64,000 bases of DNA. It comes from Candidatus Dadabacteria bacterium CSP1-2. Its GTDB lineage: Bacteria > Desulfobacterota_D > UBA1144 > Nemesobacterales > CSP1-2. The notes under the pieces were generated by a model that ran no database searches, was not told the origin of the DNA, and saw only the letters and a program-made list of their open reading frames with translations. Position 1 is the first letter of the stretch. Each line of letters opens with the position of its first letter. Where the stretch lies: NCBI GenBank assembly GCA_001443445.1, contig LDXN01000002.1, positions 20,939 through 84,938 on the forward strand, given 5' to 3'. The translations under genes and the position numbers were made by a program. Positions 1 through 11,400 of this stretch are shown piece by piece.

Positions 1-62
1 CTTCTTCTTACAGGCTTGAAGAAGCTACCGAAATTCCATAATTTACCGGTGTAAAAAGATAT

Positions 63-640
63 TTACCTGCTTTCTTTCTTAATTTCCTCTTCCCTTAACA
101 CCCTTCTTAAGACCTTTCCTACATTGCTTTTTGGAAGAGAGTTTCTAAATTCGACTACTTTTGGAACTTTAAATGGGACTAGTCTTTCTTTACAAAAACT
201 GATAATCTCATTTAATTCTTTCACTTTATTTCCATAGAAAGGTTTATATTGACATAAGCAGTTACTATATGCTATTACTAATTCATCAATAAAATGGCAT
301 CAGAAAAAGGTCTATACATAACCGATATTATTCCATTTGAGCAACGCACTAAAATTGAGCGTCCTCTCTTTTCTTTCTAGTGAGAACACCAGCAGGATTT
401 CCCTCAGCAGGCGAGTACTATATTGACAAGTCTTTAGATTTAAATGAATTTTTAATCATGCCCCGCTTCGTAAGATTTCTTATTAAATAGATTTGCCTAT
501 CTTGAATCCTATCCAAATACCAATAAAACCGCCAATCACACTTAATATCACCGATGATAACGAAAAAAAGCTCGCTCCCCATAGTGTTGGTAGAAAACCC
601 CCAATTGTAGATCCTATAAACAACCCAATCCATATTAAAG
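63..640 (-). pseudogene. Degraded 3' remnant of an AMP-dependent synthetase/ligase (C-terminal domain)
   Basis: The minus-strand frame ending at stop 63-65 reads ...[58 protein letters not shown]. This is a textbook AMP-binding C-terminal domain including the A10 lysine motif. The frame is closed upstream by TGA and there is no start codon. Upstream pieces are scattered over other frames, including the ORF 418-633. Confidence 0.35.
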
Positions 641-1532
641 ATTTTGAATTCATATTTTTATTAAACCCATTTTATGGATGAAACTTTCCTTATGCCATTA
701 TCTCACCAAGTCTAATCCCTTGTCAAGCAAAGTTGTCTCCACAACTGCCCATTCCCATAAAAAGAAAGAGTTCCTTGTCTCTGCCTCTAGCCTGAAATAC
801 AATGATTCCTATACCTCTTCTATCAATTGTACAAACTTGCCCCAGAAGGGCCTTCTTCTTTTTTTCTTTTGCATTCTTTTTCCTTTCCTCTCCGTTATGT
901 AACCCAAGCCAATCCCTCAAGCCTTCTATCCGCCAAGTAATACTCTTCCCTATATGCTAATCCTCTTGAAGCTTCGATATAAACTTCTTTCCACTGCTAA
1001 TAAGCCTTCCCGCGCTCGTTGCAAGTAGTCTCGTGAATATTGTTCTTCTGGAAAAGCGGTACCCTGTGAATAGAATATTTCTGTGTTATAAATGGTTCGA
1101 GCTATTTAACGGAAAGGCACAAATTTATAAAATCCCATAAATTATTTTGCCTCTGGAAGGGCAAACAATTGAAATGTAATTTTTGTTCGACTAGAACATT
1201 CAACAAAACTTAAACGATTTTATTTGTATTATTGTTGAAAGTGATCAAAATTCTACAGCTTCCTGAATACCGGTCTTTCTATGCTCTTGCATTGTTAAGG
1301 TCTTAGCTACGGTTCTACCCTCTTGTCGTGAAAAAGCTGAATACCGTTGAATAAATTGCTTTAATTAACTTTGTTGATTATCTGTTAAGTATCCTTGCGG
1401 CTGATTAAATAGAATTTTGCCAAGTGCTTGTTTGCCAATTTACTCAAATAATCTTCCCTCAAGAGTTCCTAGAATATTTGACTAGGACTCGTTAATATTT
1501 AACTTAACCTAAGATATTCATAAAAATAATGA

Positions 1533-2588
1533 ATGAGAATGAGTGAATCTTTAATAGAAAAGGCTCAGAAGCTTCTAGAAGCGCTTAAACTTGGCTTAGT
1601 AGAGCAACCTGAAGTTAAAGTAGGTATAACCCCTCACGAAGTTGTCTTTACGGAAAATAAACTCAGGCTTCTACATTATATACCTCTAGCTGAAAAGGTA
1701 TTCCCTATTCCCCTTGTTATGATTTTTGCGCTTGTAAATCGTCCTTACATACTGGATTTGCAACCTGGAAGAAGTGTTGTTGAAGTACTCCTAAGAGGTG
1801 GGATAGACGTATATATGATAGATTGGGGAATCCCGGGTGGCGAAGATAAACATCAGAATCTAGATTTTTATATAAACAAGTACATACGCAAGGTAGTGAA
1901 TAAAGTAAAGAAAATCTCAGGGTCAGATAAAATAAGTATACTTGGCTACTGTATGGGTGGAACAATGTCAGTAATGTACACAGCACTTCATCCTGAAGAT
2001 GTAAAAAACCTAGTCGTTATGACTACGGGTATTGATTTTAAAGCTTCGAAGAACGGGTTATTAAATCTCTGGGGAGACAAATCATACTTTAATGTTGATA
2101 AATTTGTGGAGGCCTATGGAAATGTCCCTGCTGAATTTCTCCAGTCCATTTTTATTTTTATGAAACCAATTGAGAACCTTGTCACAAAGTATGTCACTTT
2201 TTACGAAAAATTAGACGATAAAAAACTAGTTGAAAATTTCCTCGCTATGGAAAAGTGGCTAAATGATAATATTCCAGTTGCAGGTGAGGTTTTTAGAGAG
2301 TTCATAAAGTATTGTTATCAAGAAAACCTGCTTGTACAAAACAAACTTAAAATAAAAGGAAGGGTAGTTGATCTAAGAAAAATAAAATGCCCGGTGTTAA
2401 ATCTTATAGCTGAGAAGGACCATCTTGTACCTCCTGCTACGAGCATAGTTTTAGAGAATCTAATATCTAGCAAGGATAAAGAAACAATACTCTTTCCGAC
2501 TGGGCACATTGGGCTTTCAGTAAGTAGCAAGTCTTTGAAGGAACTCTGGCCAAAGGTTGCAAGGTGGCTTGCTAAAAGATCAAATTAG
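1533..2588 (+). CDS. phaC: poly(R)-hydroxyalkanoate synthase, class III PhaC-like
   Basis: 351 aa alpha/beta hydrolase with the PHA-synthase lipase box G-Y-C-M-G-G (Cys nucleophile). Length and layout are typical of class III/IV PhaC. No phaE/phaR partner is visible in the flanks. Confidence 0.7.
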   Translation: MRMSESLIEKAQKLLEALKLGLVEQPEVKVGITPHEVVFTENKLRLLHYIPLAEKVFPIPLVMIFALVNRPYILDLQPGRSVVEVLLRGGIDVYMIDWGIPGGEDKHQNLDFYINKYIRKVVNKVKKISGSDKISILGYCMGGTMSVMYTALHPEDVKNLVVMTTGIDFKASKNGLLNLWGDKSYFNVDKFVEAYGNVPAEFLQSIFIFMKPIENLVTKYVTFYEKLDDKKLVENFLAMEKWLNDNIPVAGEVFREFIKYCYQENLLVQNKLKIKGRVVDLRKIKCPVLNLIAEKDHLVPPATSIVLENLISSKDKETILFPTGHIGLSVSSKSLKELWPKVARWLAKRSN

Positions 2589-2702
2589 AAAGGTATGCCT
2601 GCTATAAAATACTCTATTATTTAGGGTAGGACGATGAACGTATTCCAACTTTTATAGTAAGAAATTGGAATCTCAGGGAAAATAGAAAAGTGAAAGAACC
2701 AT

Positions 2703-3113
2703 TTAAATTAAGGGTTTGACGCTATATGCGAGCGTTAGCTTATTAGGTTCAGGCTTTATTTTTTTGATCTTATTCTTCCCGTTCAAATAAACCAATTTGG
2801 ATTCATGCCTTTTTACCTCGTTTTCGTTATACGAAGCAAAGCTGGCGATGATTACTGTGTCTCCCTCTCTTGCAAGATGGGCTGCGGCTCCATTTGTGCA
2901 GATGACACCTGAGCCAGGCCTGCCTTCTATAACGTAGGTAAAAAATCTCTGTCCATTTGTCATGTTAAAAATATGCACTTGCTCGTAAGGGACTAATTCG
3001 GCGGCATCCATCAGGTCTTTATCAATTGTGATGCTTCCTTCATAGTCAAGATTAGCTTCTGTAACGGTTGCCCTATGAATTTTTGATTTAAGAAGCACCC
3101 TATCCATTTCCAT
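2703..3113 (-). CDS. panD: aspartate 1-decarboxylase (pyruvoyl-dependent)
   Basis: [29 protein letters not shown]...FNMTNGQRF...GAAAH aligns with E. coli PanD including the G-S self-cleavage site (YEGS). Start chosen at an internal Met near the panC stop; the ORF-track start is 3140. Confidence 0.9.
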   Translation of the reverse strand: MEMDRVLLKSKIHRATVTEANLDYEGSITIDKDLMDAAELVPYEQVHIFNMTNGQRFFTYVIEGRPGSGVICTNGAAAHLAREGDTVIIASFASYNENEVKRHESKLVYLNGKNKIKKIKPEPNKLTLAYSVKPLI

Positions 3114-3120
3114 CTCCTCC

Positions 3121-3960
3121 TTAAAGTCTGATGTTGTCAATAAGCCTTGTCCCCTTGATCCTCACGGCTACCGCTAGCAAGTCTCCTCTACCGGCTAGTT
3201 CTTTGCTCTCAAGGGTCTCGGGATCGCAGATTTCTAGATAGTCAATGTCGTTGATTCCTGTCTCCTCTAATATTTTCTTGCCAAATTCAACCATGAGATT
3301 CGTGTTTCTGCAACCCATGTCAAACTTTCTCTTTATTTCACGAAGTGCTTTAGAAACTTGAGATGCACTATTTCTTTCATTCATCAAGAGATATACGTTT
3401 CTTGAACTGAGTGCGAGTCCGTCTTTTTCTCTGACAATGGGATATCCTATAACTTCTACCTCTAGGTTTAAATCCTTAACCATTCTCTGAATGATTTTTA
3501 ATTGCTGATAATCCTTTTCTCCAAAAAGCGCAACCTGAGGTTTCACAATATTGAATAACTTAAGGACAACGGTTGCCACACCCCTAAAATGTCCTGGACG
3601 AAAGTGCCCACAAAGGTGTTCTTGAAGATCTTTTACTTCAACATACGTTTGAAATCCCTCGGGGTATATTTCTTCTAGGTTAGGAGCAAAGACAATGTCC
3701 ACGCCGAGGTCTTCGATCTTACTTAAATCACCTTCTAAATCCCTTGGGTACTTTGTGAAGTCCTCGCTGAGCCCAAACTGAGTGGGGTTTACAAAAATGC
3801 TTACTACGAGGACATCCCCTCTGTTCCTTCCCTCATTGATAAGATTGATATGCCCTTCGTGAAGTGCCCCCATAGTAGGAACAAGAGAGATTCTCTTCCC
3901 AGTTCTTATCACCCCATTTACTAAGCCTTGCATCTCTCTTATGCTGCTTATTATCCTCAC
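3121..3960 (-). CDS. panC: pantoate--beta-alanine ligase
   Basis: [15 protein letters not shown]-type motif with PanC-like layout. The longest ORF begins with GTG at 4005 and overlaps panB by 35 nt. An internal GTG at 3960 has a GAGGA SD 7 nt upstream and aligns with the E. coli N-terminus, so I prefer it. The start remains uncertain. Confidence 0.85.
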   Translation of the reverse strand: MRIISSIREMQGLVNGVIRTGKRISLVPTMGALHEGHINLINEGRNRGDVLVVSIFVNPTQFGLSEDFTKYPRDLEGDLSKIEDLGVDIVFAPNLEEIYPEGFQTYVEVKDLQEHLCGHFRPGHFRGVATVVLKLFNIVKPQVALFGEKDYQQLKIIQRMVKDLNLEVEVIGYPIVREKDGLALSSRNVYLLMNERNSASQVSKALREIKRKFDMGCRNTNLMVEFGKKILEETGINDIDYLEICDPETLESKELAGRGDLLAVAVRIKGTRLIDNIRL

Positions 3961-3970
3961 GTGGTTTTCC

Positions 3971-4771
3971 TCAGTTATATGAATGGTCAACGTCTGGGAA
4001 TACACCCTCTCTTACTTCATCAACAAAATCCCTTACGGCTTTTGTCATAATCTCTCTTAGATTTACATACCTTTTTACGAATCTAGGAATAGGGTCTGGT
4101 GAGAGTCCTACTAAATCGTTTATAACAAGCACCTGTCCGTCACAAAACGGACCTGCTCCTATTCCGATAGTTGGAATATTGATAGATTCGGTTATTTTTT
4201 TGGCGAGTTCTTTTGGGATGCTTTCTAATACAATTGAGAACGCTCCCGCCTCTTCGGTAGACTTAGCAAGCTCAAGAAGCCTTTTGGCTTCCTGAATTTC
4301 GCGTCCTTGAATCTTGTAACCCCCAGTTATGTGTATTGACTGAGGGCAGAGCCCAATATGCCCCATTACAGGAATACCAGCCTTTTGGATAGCGTAGATT
4401 GTATCAAGATAATTCTCGTTTGTTTCAAGTTTAATAGATTCCGCCCCCCCCTCCTTGATAAATCTTCCGGCATTTCTTATGGCATCCTCTTTTGAAGCTT
4501 GATAAGACATAAAGGGCATGTCTCCGCAGAGGTGGGCATGCTCTATACCTTTTGAGACGATTTTTGTGTGGTAAATCATTTCGTCCATTGTTACGGGAAG
4601 GGTGTTCGGAAGACCTTGAATTACGTTTCCTAAGGAATCACCAACAAGGACAATATCTACCCCGGCTTCGTCAATTATATTCGCCGTGGCAGAATCGTAG
4701 GCTGTAACCATAACGATTTTTTCTCCACGCCTCTTCATATCGCAAAGCTCGGGGACTGTGACCTTTTTCAT
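3971..4771 (-). CDS. panB: 3-methyl-2-oxobutanoate hydroxymethyltransferase
   Basis: MKKVTVPELCDMKRRGEKIVMVTAYD...VLVGDSLG aligns along its full length with E. coli PanB. The ORF-track start at 4861 adds 30 non-conserved residues, so I call Met31. Confidence 0.9.
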   Translation of the reverse strand: MKKVTVPELCDMKRRGEKIVMVTAYDSATANIIDEAGVDIVLVGDSLGNVIQGLPNTLPVTMDEMIYHTKIVSKGIEHAHLCGDMPFMSYQASKEDAIRNAGRFIKEGGAESIKLETNENYLDTIYAIQKAGIPVMGHIGLCPQSIHITGGYKIQGREIQEAKRLLELAKSTEEAGAFSIVLESIPKELAKKITESINIPTIGIGAGPFCDGQVLVINDLVGLSPDPIPRFVKRYVNLREIMTKAVRDFVDEVREGVFPDVDHSYN

Positions 4772-4920
4772 TTTTCTTCTTTTGTAGCCACTAAGACACC
4801 AAGACTCGAAGTTTTTTCTCAAGGAATTGGGAATTAGGCATTGGTAGCTGGACAGTTCCAAATTCCCAATCCCGAATTCCTGATTCCCAATTCTATCTCA
4901 TGGCAAGTTTTTATAAAATA

Positions 4921-4963
4921 AAAAAACCAGCTTGTCGGGCTTAAGCCCTAGCTGGTTTTTTTA
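4921..4963. terminator. Bidirectional rho-independent terminator (A-run / GC hairpin / T-run)
   Basis: aaaaaaCCAGCTtgtcGGGCTTAAGCCCtAGCTGGttttttt is a nested palindrome flanked by an A-tract and a T-tract. It lies downstream of the moaE/rlpA minus-strand unit and upstream of panB. Confidence 0.6.
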
Positions 4964-5261
4964 TTTCTTGTTTAGGTACGGCACAAGTTCCGTCCTATTT
5001 ATATTCTTATTCAAGCTTCCTCCGTCTCGGTCCTCTAGAGGATCCAAGCGGTGTCCACAATATTAGACTAAACGCAATTGCGAAAGAACTAAATTTAGGA
5101 TAAAGGAAGTTAATCGGGAAGTCAAATTTATTGCTAGCTAAACAACCTTCCATAATCCGATTATTCATTACATCATGGACTTTGGACTCGGGATCTGTAT
5201 GGAACGGAGGGTTGATTATAAAAGAACAGATTCATATTCTTGGTTAGCCTAACAGTATAGC

Positions 5262-5325
5262 CTGGTAGGCGTAATAGCCAACGAGCAAGCCCGCCCCGAG
5301 CTGCGTCGAGGGGACTCGTTGCCTG
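5262..5325. repeat. Interspersed palindromic repeat, family 2 (core acgagcaag..gtcgaggggactcgttgcc)
   Basis: Shares gccaacgagcaagcccgccccgagctgcgtcgaggggactcgttgcc with copies at 6795-6890, 7071-7108 and 21497-21690. It creates the spurious ORF 5173-5439. Confidence 0.5.
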
Positions 5326-5359
5326 TGCCCATGAAGTACGTACTTTATCTGAAACTCTT

Positions 5360-5791
5360 TTATGAGCCCTGTATCCACTCTTCTCCGCCTTCCCAGACCT
5401 CTTTTTTCCAGATAGGGATGCTTTGCTTAAGTTTCTCAATTATGTATCTTGAAGCTTGGTAGGCTTCCTTTCGATGTGGTGCAGAGACAGCAATTAAGAC
5501 ACTGGCTTCGCCGAGGTTAAGTTTTCCTAGTCGGTGGACGATCGCAAGCCTTCTAATATTCCAACTTTCTTTTATAACTTTGGCTATTTTTCTAAACTCC
5601 TTTAGTGCCATTTCTTTGTAAGCTTCATATTCAAGATATTTAATCTCTCTTCCTCTTGAAGTTTTCCTTACTGTACCAATAAAAACCACTAAAGCTCCTG
5701 CTTCAGCATCGAATACCTTTCTTATTACTTCTTCAATCTTGATTTTTTGCGATGTTATTTTGAAGAAATCTGTATCTCTAGTCCTTCTCAC
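5360..5791 (-). CDS. moaE: molybdopterin synthase catalytic subunit
   Basis: AGALVVFIGTVRK...HRLG aligns with E. coli MoaE (DGAVVTFTGKVR...HRIG), and the C-terminal WKKE motif is present. The ORF-track start at 5869 adds about 26 non-conserved residues over a hairpin repeat, so I prefer the GTG at 5791. The start is uncertain. Confidence 0.8.
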   Translation of the reverse strand: MRRTRDTDFFKITSQKIKIEEVIRKVFDAEAGALVVFIGTVRKTSRGREIKYLEYEAYKEMALKEFRKIAKVIKESWNIRRLAIVHRLGKLNLGEASVLIAVSAPHRKEAYQASRYIIEKLKQSIPIWKKEVWEGGEEWIQGS

Positions 5792-5894
5792 TTCTTTCTT
5801 CTTCGAGGGAGACGGTTCTTTTGAAGAGCGAATTGTGGTTCGTGATTTGTGACTCGTGACTCGATCCACGATACCCTAGTCACGAACAACTAAC

Positions 5895-6551
5895 TTACTC
5901 CTGTATTACCTTTCCTATATATCCTGTTCTTCGAAGACTTGCGGCTATTTTTTCGGCTTTACTTTTATCTGAGAACTGCCCTATCTTTACCCTATAGAAG
6001 GTATAATCGCCGAAATCAACGGTTTCGATTCTAACGTCGCTATGCTTACTGTCTAGAACCTCTTTTAAATAGTAAGCGTTTTGCTGATCTGTAAATGAGG
6101 CAACTTGGACTGAGTATTTAGCCTCAAAGTAATTTGAGGTTTCTCTTGGCGCTGAAAGTACCTCGACCTTAACCTTTGCCGTTCCCTCCCCAATCATGCC
6201 TATTGCTTTGGCTGGAGCATACGAAAGGTCAATAATACGCCCCTTTTTAAACGGACCACGGTCATTAATTCTAACAATAACATCTTGTCCATTGTCCAAA
6301 TTGGTAACCCTTACCATTGTCCCTATTGGAAGGGTTTTATGGGCGGCTGTATAATCATACTTACTGAAGCGTTCACCACTTGCAGTTTTGTTACCATGTT
6401 CTTGATCCCCATACCAAGAAGCAATACCTATTTGAGTGTTACCATCAGTTTGGTAACCTTCGACACCTTTTCTAGTGATTGACGCACATGAAAAAAGTAA
6501 TGGAAGAGCTAATATTAGTAACCATACCCCTCTCTTCATAGCGTCTCGCAT
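5895..6551 (-). CDS. rlpA: septal ring lytic transglycosylase RlpA-family protein with C-terminal SPOR domain
   Basis: Lipoprotein-type signal peptide (LLFSCAS), a DPBB domain (IASWYGDQEHGNKTASGE...RINDRGPF) and a C-terminal SPOR domain (YSVQVASF...YRVKIGQF). Confidence 0.85.
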   Translation of the reverse strand: MRDAMKRGVWLLILALPLLFSCASITRKGVEGYQTDGNTQIGIASWYGDQEHGNKTASGERFSKYDYTAAHKTLPIGTMVRVTNLDNGQDVIVRINDRGPFKKGRIIDLSYAPAKAIGMIGEGTAKVKVEVLSAPRETSNYFEAKYSVQVASFTDQQNAYYLKEVLDSKHSDVRIETVDFGDYTFYRVKIGQFSDKSKAEKIAASLRRTGYIGKVIQE

Positions 6552-6654
6552 TTTAACATATTAAATATGGGATATAAAGAACCTTTTTTAGAAGGTAGTA
6601 GAAACGTATTTTGTCAATCTCGAACCCTGTCCTTATCAACATTGTCGTAGTTAG

Positions 6655-6765
6655 GAATTTGTCATCTCGAGCGCACGCGAGTGATCTAGATTTCTCAGCG
6701 GAGGTTACACTGAGCACTTCGGGTTCCTCAGTACAAGCTCCGCGAACGTGATCGAAATGATATAA
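6655..6765. repeat. Interspersed repeat, family 1 (cactgagcacttcggKttcctcagtacaRgctccgYgaacg)
   Basis: About 45 nt is nearly identical to 12750-12800. It is related to the gtcattgcgag-type elements at 12640-12810 and 28155-28285. Confidence 0.5.
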
Positions 6766-6794
6766 GGTAGGCCAACAGTATTATTAGCTGGTGA

Positions 6795-6890
6795 TCAGGT
6801 TACGAGCAAGGATCGTAAGTTGCCCGAGGTGGGCGATTATGGTGTCACGAGCAAGTCTGCCCCGAGTTGCGCCGAGGGGACTCGTAGCCC
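6795..6890. repeat. Interspersed palindromic repeat, family 2 (two adjacent half copies)
   Basis: ttacgagcaaggatcgtaagttgcccgagg followed by cacgagcaagtctgccccgagttgcgccgaggggactcgtagcc. Compare 5277-5323. Confidence 0.5.
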
Positions 6891-6929
6891 ATTAATAAGT
6901 TGATAAATTTTACCTTGTTAATACCTCGA

Positions 6930-7110
6930 TAGGCAGGGTTTTCTAACCCTGCCAGCCGAGACAAGCCTGTCCTGAGTTTAACGAAGGAAATGTCTCGGCT
7001 ATCGTCGTTTTATGCAGTGGTTAGCCCGCCAGTCCCTTCGACTGCGCTCAGGACAGGCTTGCTGGTGGTTATACAGCCAACGAGCAAGACTCGTTGGCTA
7101 CCCGTTGGAG
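6930..7110. repeat. MITE-like element with 15-bp terminal inverted repeats (family 2)
   Basis: caagcctgtcctgag at about 6961 and ctcaggacaggcttg at about 7046 are perfect inverted repeats. There are also nested palindromes agccgagaca/tgtctcggct and ccaacgagcaagactcgttgg. It shares gacaggcttgctggtggt and cgagcaagactcgttg with 21600-21690. Confidence 0.55.
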
Positions 7111-7216
7111 GCATTCGTAATTTATTAGGAATTGGGACTAAGGTTACTTCTTGAGATTATCGAAGATTAGAATAAAATTACTAAAATTGCTCAATTAGTT
7201 TTGGGAGACAACAAGA

Positions 7217-8404
7217 ATGCAAATTCTTGCAGAAGAGTTTTCGCTTATAAAGAGACTTCCTCCATATGTGTTTGCTATAGTCAATGAATTAAAGATGAAG
7301 GCAAGGGCGAGGGGAGAGGATATTATAGACCTTGGAATGGGTAATCCAGACCAACCAACACCAAAGCATATTGTAGATAAATTGATAGAGGCCTCTCAAA
7401 ACCCTAGAAACCACAGATACTCCGCTTCTCGCGGTATACCAAGACTTAGATCTGCTATTTGTGATTGGTATAAAAGGAACTATAGCGTCGAATTAAATCC
7501 CGAAACTGAGGCTATTGTCACTATTGGTTCGAAGGAGGGCATATCTCATCTTATGCTCTCGATACTTGCTCCAGGCGATGTAGTTGTGGTTCCTGATCCA
7601 ACTTATCCGATTCACAGTTACTCGGTTATTATCGCAAGGGGGGATGTGAAAAGCGTGCCCCTTACGAAGGACATAAATTTTATTGAGGCAATGGAAAAGG
7701 CAGTCAAGGAGATATGGCCTAAGCCAAAGGTTTTAATGATTTCTTTTCCACACAATCCCACAACAAGCGTTGTTGACTTACATTTCTTCAAAGAGGTAGT
7801 TGACTTTGCTAGGGAATTCGGGCTAATCGTTGTACATGATTTTGCTTATGCAGATCTATGCTTCGATGGATATAAAGCGCCTAGCTTTCTACAGGTGCCC
7901 GGTGCCAAAGAAATCGGAGTTGAAATTTTCTCGCTTTCTAAGAGTTACAGCATGCCAGGATGGCGTGTTGGGTTTATGGTTGGAAACCCAAAGATAATAA
8001 ATGCTCTTGGCAGGATTAAAAGTTATCTAGACTACGGAATATTTCAACCTATTCAAATAGCGTCGATTTCGGCTCTGAACGGTCCTCAAGAATACGTTGA
8101 CGAAATAAGAGAAAGATACAGTTCTAGGAGAGATAGACTTGTTGAGGGGCTAGGACGAGCAGGCTGGGAGATTCCAAAGCCTATGGGAACGATGTTTGTT
8201 TGGGCTGAAATCCCTGAGAGATTAAAACAAATGGGATCGCTTGAATTCTCAAAATTACTTATTGAAAAAGCGAAGGTTGCAGTTTCGCCCGGAATAGGAT
8301 TTGGAAATTATGGCGAAGGATATGTTAGGTTTGCGCTTGTCGAAAACGAAAAAAGGATAATGCAGGCTGTGAGAGGTATTAGGAAGGTTTTGAATTCTTA
8401 TTAA
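7217..8404 (+). CDS. PLP-dependent aminotransferase class I/II (AlaA/AspC-like)
   Basis: 395 aa with an N-terminal [11 protein letters not shown] motif and the [14 protein letters not shown] lysine region typical of fold-type I aminotransferases. Confidence 0.85.
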   Translation: MQILAEEFSLIKRLPPYVFAIVNELKMKARARGEDIIDLGMGNPDQPTPKHIVDKLIEASQNPRNHRYSASRGIPRLRSAICDWYKRNYSVELNPETEAIVTIGSKEGISHLMLSILAPGDVVVVPDPTYPIHSYSVIIARGDVKSVPLTKDINFIEAMEKAVKEIWPKPKVLMISFPHNPTTSVVDLHFFKEVVDFAREFGLIVVHDFAYADLCFDGYKAPSFLQVPGAKEIGVEIFSLSKSYSMPGWRVGFMVGNPKIINALGRIKSYLDYGIFQPIQIASISALNGPQEYVDEIRERYSSRRDRLVEGLGRAGWEIPKPMGTMFVWAEIPERLKQMGSLEFSKLLIEKAKVAVSPGIGFGNYGEGYVRFALVENEKRIMQAVRGIRKVLNSY

Positions 8405-11400
8405 TAACTGAAGTTATAAAATATATCTGCTCCGCTTTGATACCCACTTATCTCACTTTCTAAGGTTAGGAAATTAAACAGTTTATACTCAACATGAACT
8501 TGATCTATTACATCTGGTGAAGTTGAGGCGGATTGTATAACTGTTTGGGTAAAAGGTGAACTGCGTTGGTATGCTATGTATAGTTTATCGGTAAAGTATT
8601 TGCCTACTTCGATTTCCGTACCTTTAAAACCCCCTTCTCCACTTGCTATACTGATTATATCTAGTCCGAATTGTTCTCCGATTATACCCTTGAGCTGGCC
8701 TGCCGCCATAAGGGCTACTGCTTGTGTGGCTTTTTGCTCTAGGGAGACCCTTTCACCTACACCGAGTTTCTCTGAGGATGTTCCAAATAGTAGGTAGGAG
8801 AAGATCTCTGTTTGGTCCATCGGTGGCTCACTAGAAAGTTCTATTTTAGGTTTTTCAGCAGTACCACTTACACTTACAAATATATTTACATTTGATACCT
8901 TATATAAGGCCGTCACATCTAGAAATGGATTAATCTCAGGGGTTCCTCGAAAGCTCACCTCACCCCGTTGGATTTTAAAGAGTTTTCCGAAAAACTCGTA
9001 TGTTCCTCTAACTGTAGTGATGTTGCCTGTTATGATTAATGGTTTAGTATATTTTTTTGTGACTCCAATCTTTCCTTTTATTTCAATGTTTGCTCCTTTA
9101 CCCTTAACCCATGCGTTTCCTGGTAAAGTGACCTTTAAATCCATTGCTACGTTGTCCCTGTAATAGTCTGTTTGTTTAGTTTCGCTGATTGCAAATTCCT
9201 CTTCTTGTTCATCAACAAATTTTATATCCTCTACTTTCTTTGTAGGTAAATCTGGAATTTTAATACGTGCGTTTCTTACTTTCGTATCACCACTTATATG
9301 GATTTTGCCATCGCTCCCTTCGATCTTTACATCTCCATCTATTCTTGCTGTAATTCCCTTGGGCATAATCTGCAAATTATCCATTTTACCGTTTATTGTG
9401 TAAGATAGCTTATTGAAATTTATTTCTCCTTGAAATGTTCCCTTACCTCCATCAGTTTGAATCTCTAGTGTTTTAAGAAATCCCTTTTCTCCTTCCATCT
9501 CAAAAATTCCGTTTGTAATTTTAATATCGTCCCTTAGCGAATGGATTCTTAAGAGGACATCTTGGAGTTTCGCTTGCCCCTTAACGTTAGGGCTACTCAC
9601 CTTTCCGTATGCCCTGAAATCAAGAACAGCTAGCCCTTGAATGTTTTTAATTTCTTCATTCAACTTTACGAGTGGGCTCAAGTCCACACCGTTTGATTTC
9701 ATTGTTATATCGAAATATGCTTGATTTAGATTTTCCCCGATTTTTTTGAAATCTAGATCTATATCAACATTACCCCTTGCAAATAGAATTTCTCTCCCAT
9801 TATCCTCAATATTAAGATTAAGATTTAGTTTCTTATTTAAGTAAGACGTACTTAAGCCAATCTTATCGCTTTTAAACTGCTTAAAGACAAGGTCTTTAGC
9901 GCTAATCTTAGCCATTATGTTTGGCTTTTCTATAGTACCCTCTAAGCTAATGTTTACTGAAACGACTCCCTTTAACTCTTTAGCTTCGCTGTTTAAATTT
10001 GCCAGTGAGTTGAGATCCAAGCCATCTGAGTTTATTGTTAAATCAAGGACTGCTTTTTCTATATTTTCACCTATCTTTTTTAAATTAAGGTCAACATTGG
10101 CTCCACCGTTGGCGGAGAGGATTTCTCTCGCGTTTTCTGAAGCAATAAAATTAAGACTGAGATTCTTATTTGAGTAGGAGAGGGTTAAGTTAGAATTATC
10201 GCTTCTAAGTCCCTTAAACCCTAGATCTTTCGCGCCGATGTTAGCATTTATAATTGGCTTTTCTAAAGTACCTTGAAGGCTGATATTTCCTGAGGTAATT
10301 CCCTCTATCGAAGGTTTAAGCTCTAGAATTTCAGAAATATCGTTAAGGCTTACCTTCTTTAGTTCTAAGCTTGCATTCATATTTCCGTCAAAAACTACAT
10401 CAGCATTACCGAGAATGAAATTATTATTATGATAAAAATTCAGTGATTTAATAATTAGTTGGCTTGGAAGGAGTTTTATATCTATGGTGTCCTTATTCTC
10501 AATCACACTATTTTTAAAACTAAGCCTTATCTTTTCGATTTCGAGATTCTTTTCTTCACTTGTAAGGTCTACTAGTTTTAGCTTGATTTCGTAGTTTCTT
10601 TGGGCGCTTTCAGTAATTGAAAAGTTCCCTCTTAGTCCCTTGCCTTCTGTTCTTGCCTGGATATCAACACCTTTAACCACTTTGTCTCGAAATTTGAGCT
10701 CTTTCAGATTTCCCTTTAACTGAAGTTTTGGGCTCGTGAGATTGACCACAGTATCTCCGCTAAGATTAATTGATTTGACCTCGACGCCCTTATACCAGAA
10801 ATCCGAAACTGTGGCTGAGAAGGTAACTTGAGGATTCTTAATCTCTCCCTGAACTCTTCCATCTGATTTTAGAGATCCCTTAAGATCAACCTCTGGTAGA
10901 AATTTTGACAAGAGGCTTAGATCCTTAACCTCTGCTTCATAGCTAAAATCCATCCTCTTTTCCGCTTCTTTTCCCTGTGCTTTGAGTTTAAAGGAGTCAG
11001 AGTTGAGAGAAAGAGATTTTATTGTGAGTATATTCTCCCTATATGAGGCATCAATCTGTCCGCCTGTTAGATTTATGCCAAAACCACTTGATTGAAGGAT
11101 CTCTCCCTGCACGCTAGCTATCAAGTTATCTAATAAGTCACCACTTAGAGGCACAGAACCCTTGATGTTTAGATTGGAGTTTATATCGCTTGTGTACTTC
11201 TCATCGCCCAAGATCAAGGCTAAATTGACCTTGCTTAGATTTGAAATTACATCAAGTTTCACATTTGATTTTGAGCCCTCTACTAACCCCTTTAAATCAA
11301 ATTTGCCTGCCTTATCTCCCTTTAGCTGGAAATCATCTATGTTTACCTTAGCTTGTAGGTCCTCTATTTCATTCCACCTACCGCTAGCATCGAAATTTGC

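Noticed and set aside
418-920. Four overlapping small ORFs (71, 62, 74, 65 aa) on both strands
   Set aside because: They overlap each other and lie in the decayed AMP-ligase remnant / AT-rich spacer. The sequences are low-complexity or proline/tryptophan-rich with no recognisable family. I treat them as non-coding or pseudogene debris.
900-1530. Possible phaE/phaR upstream of phaC
   Set aside because: The 600-bp region has no ORF above 60 aa in any frame and no recognisable PhaE motif. Nothing to support a partner gene here.
5173-5439. 88-aa ORF on minus strand
   Set aside because: It lies entirely over a family-2 repeat copy and the moaE 3' end. Its Arg/Ser/Pro-rich composition is typical of repeat-derived spurious ORFs.
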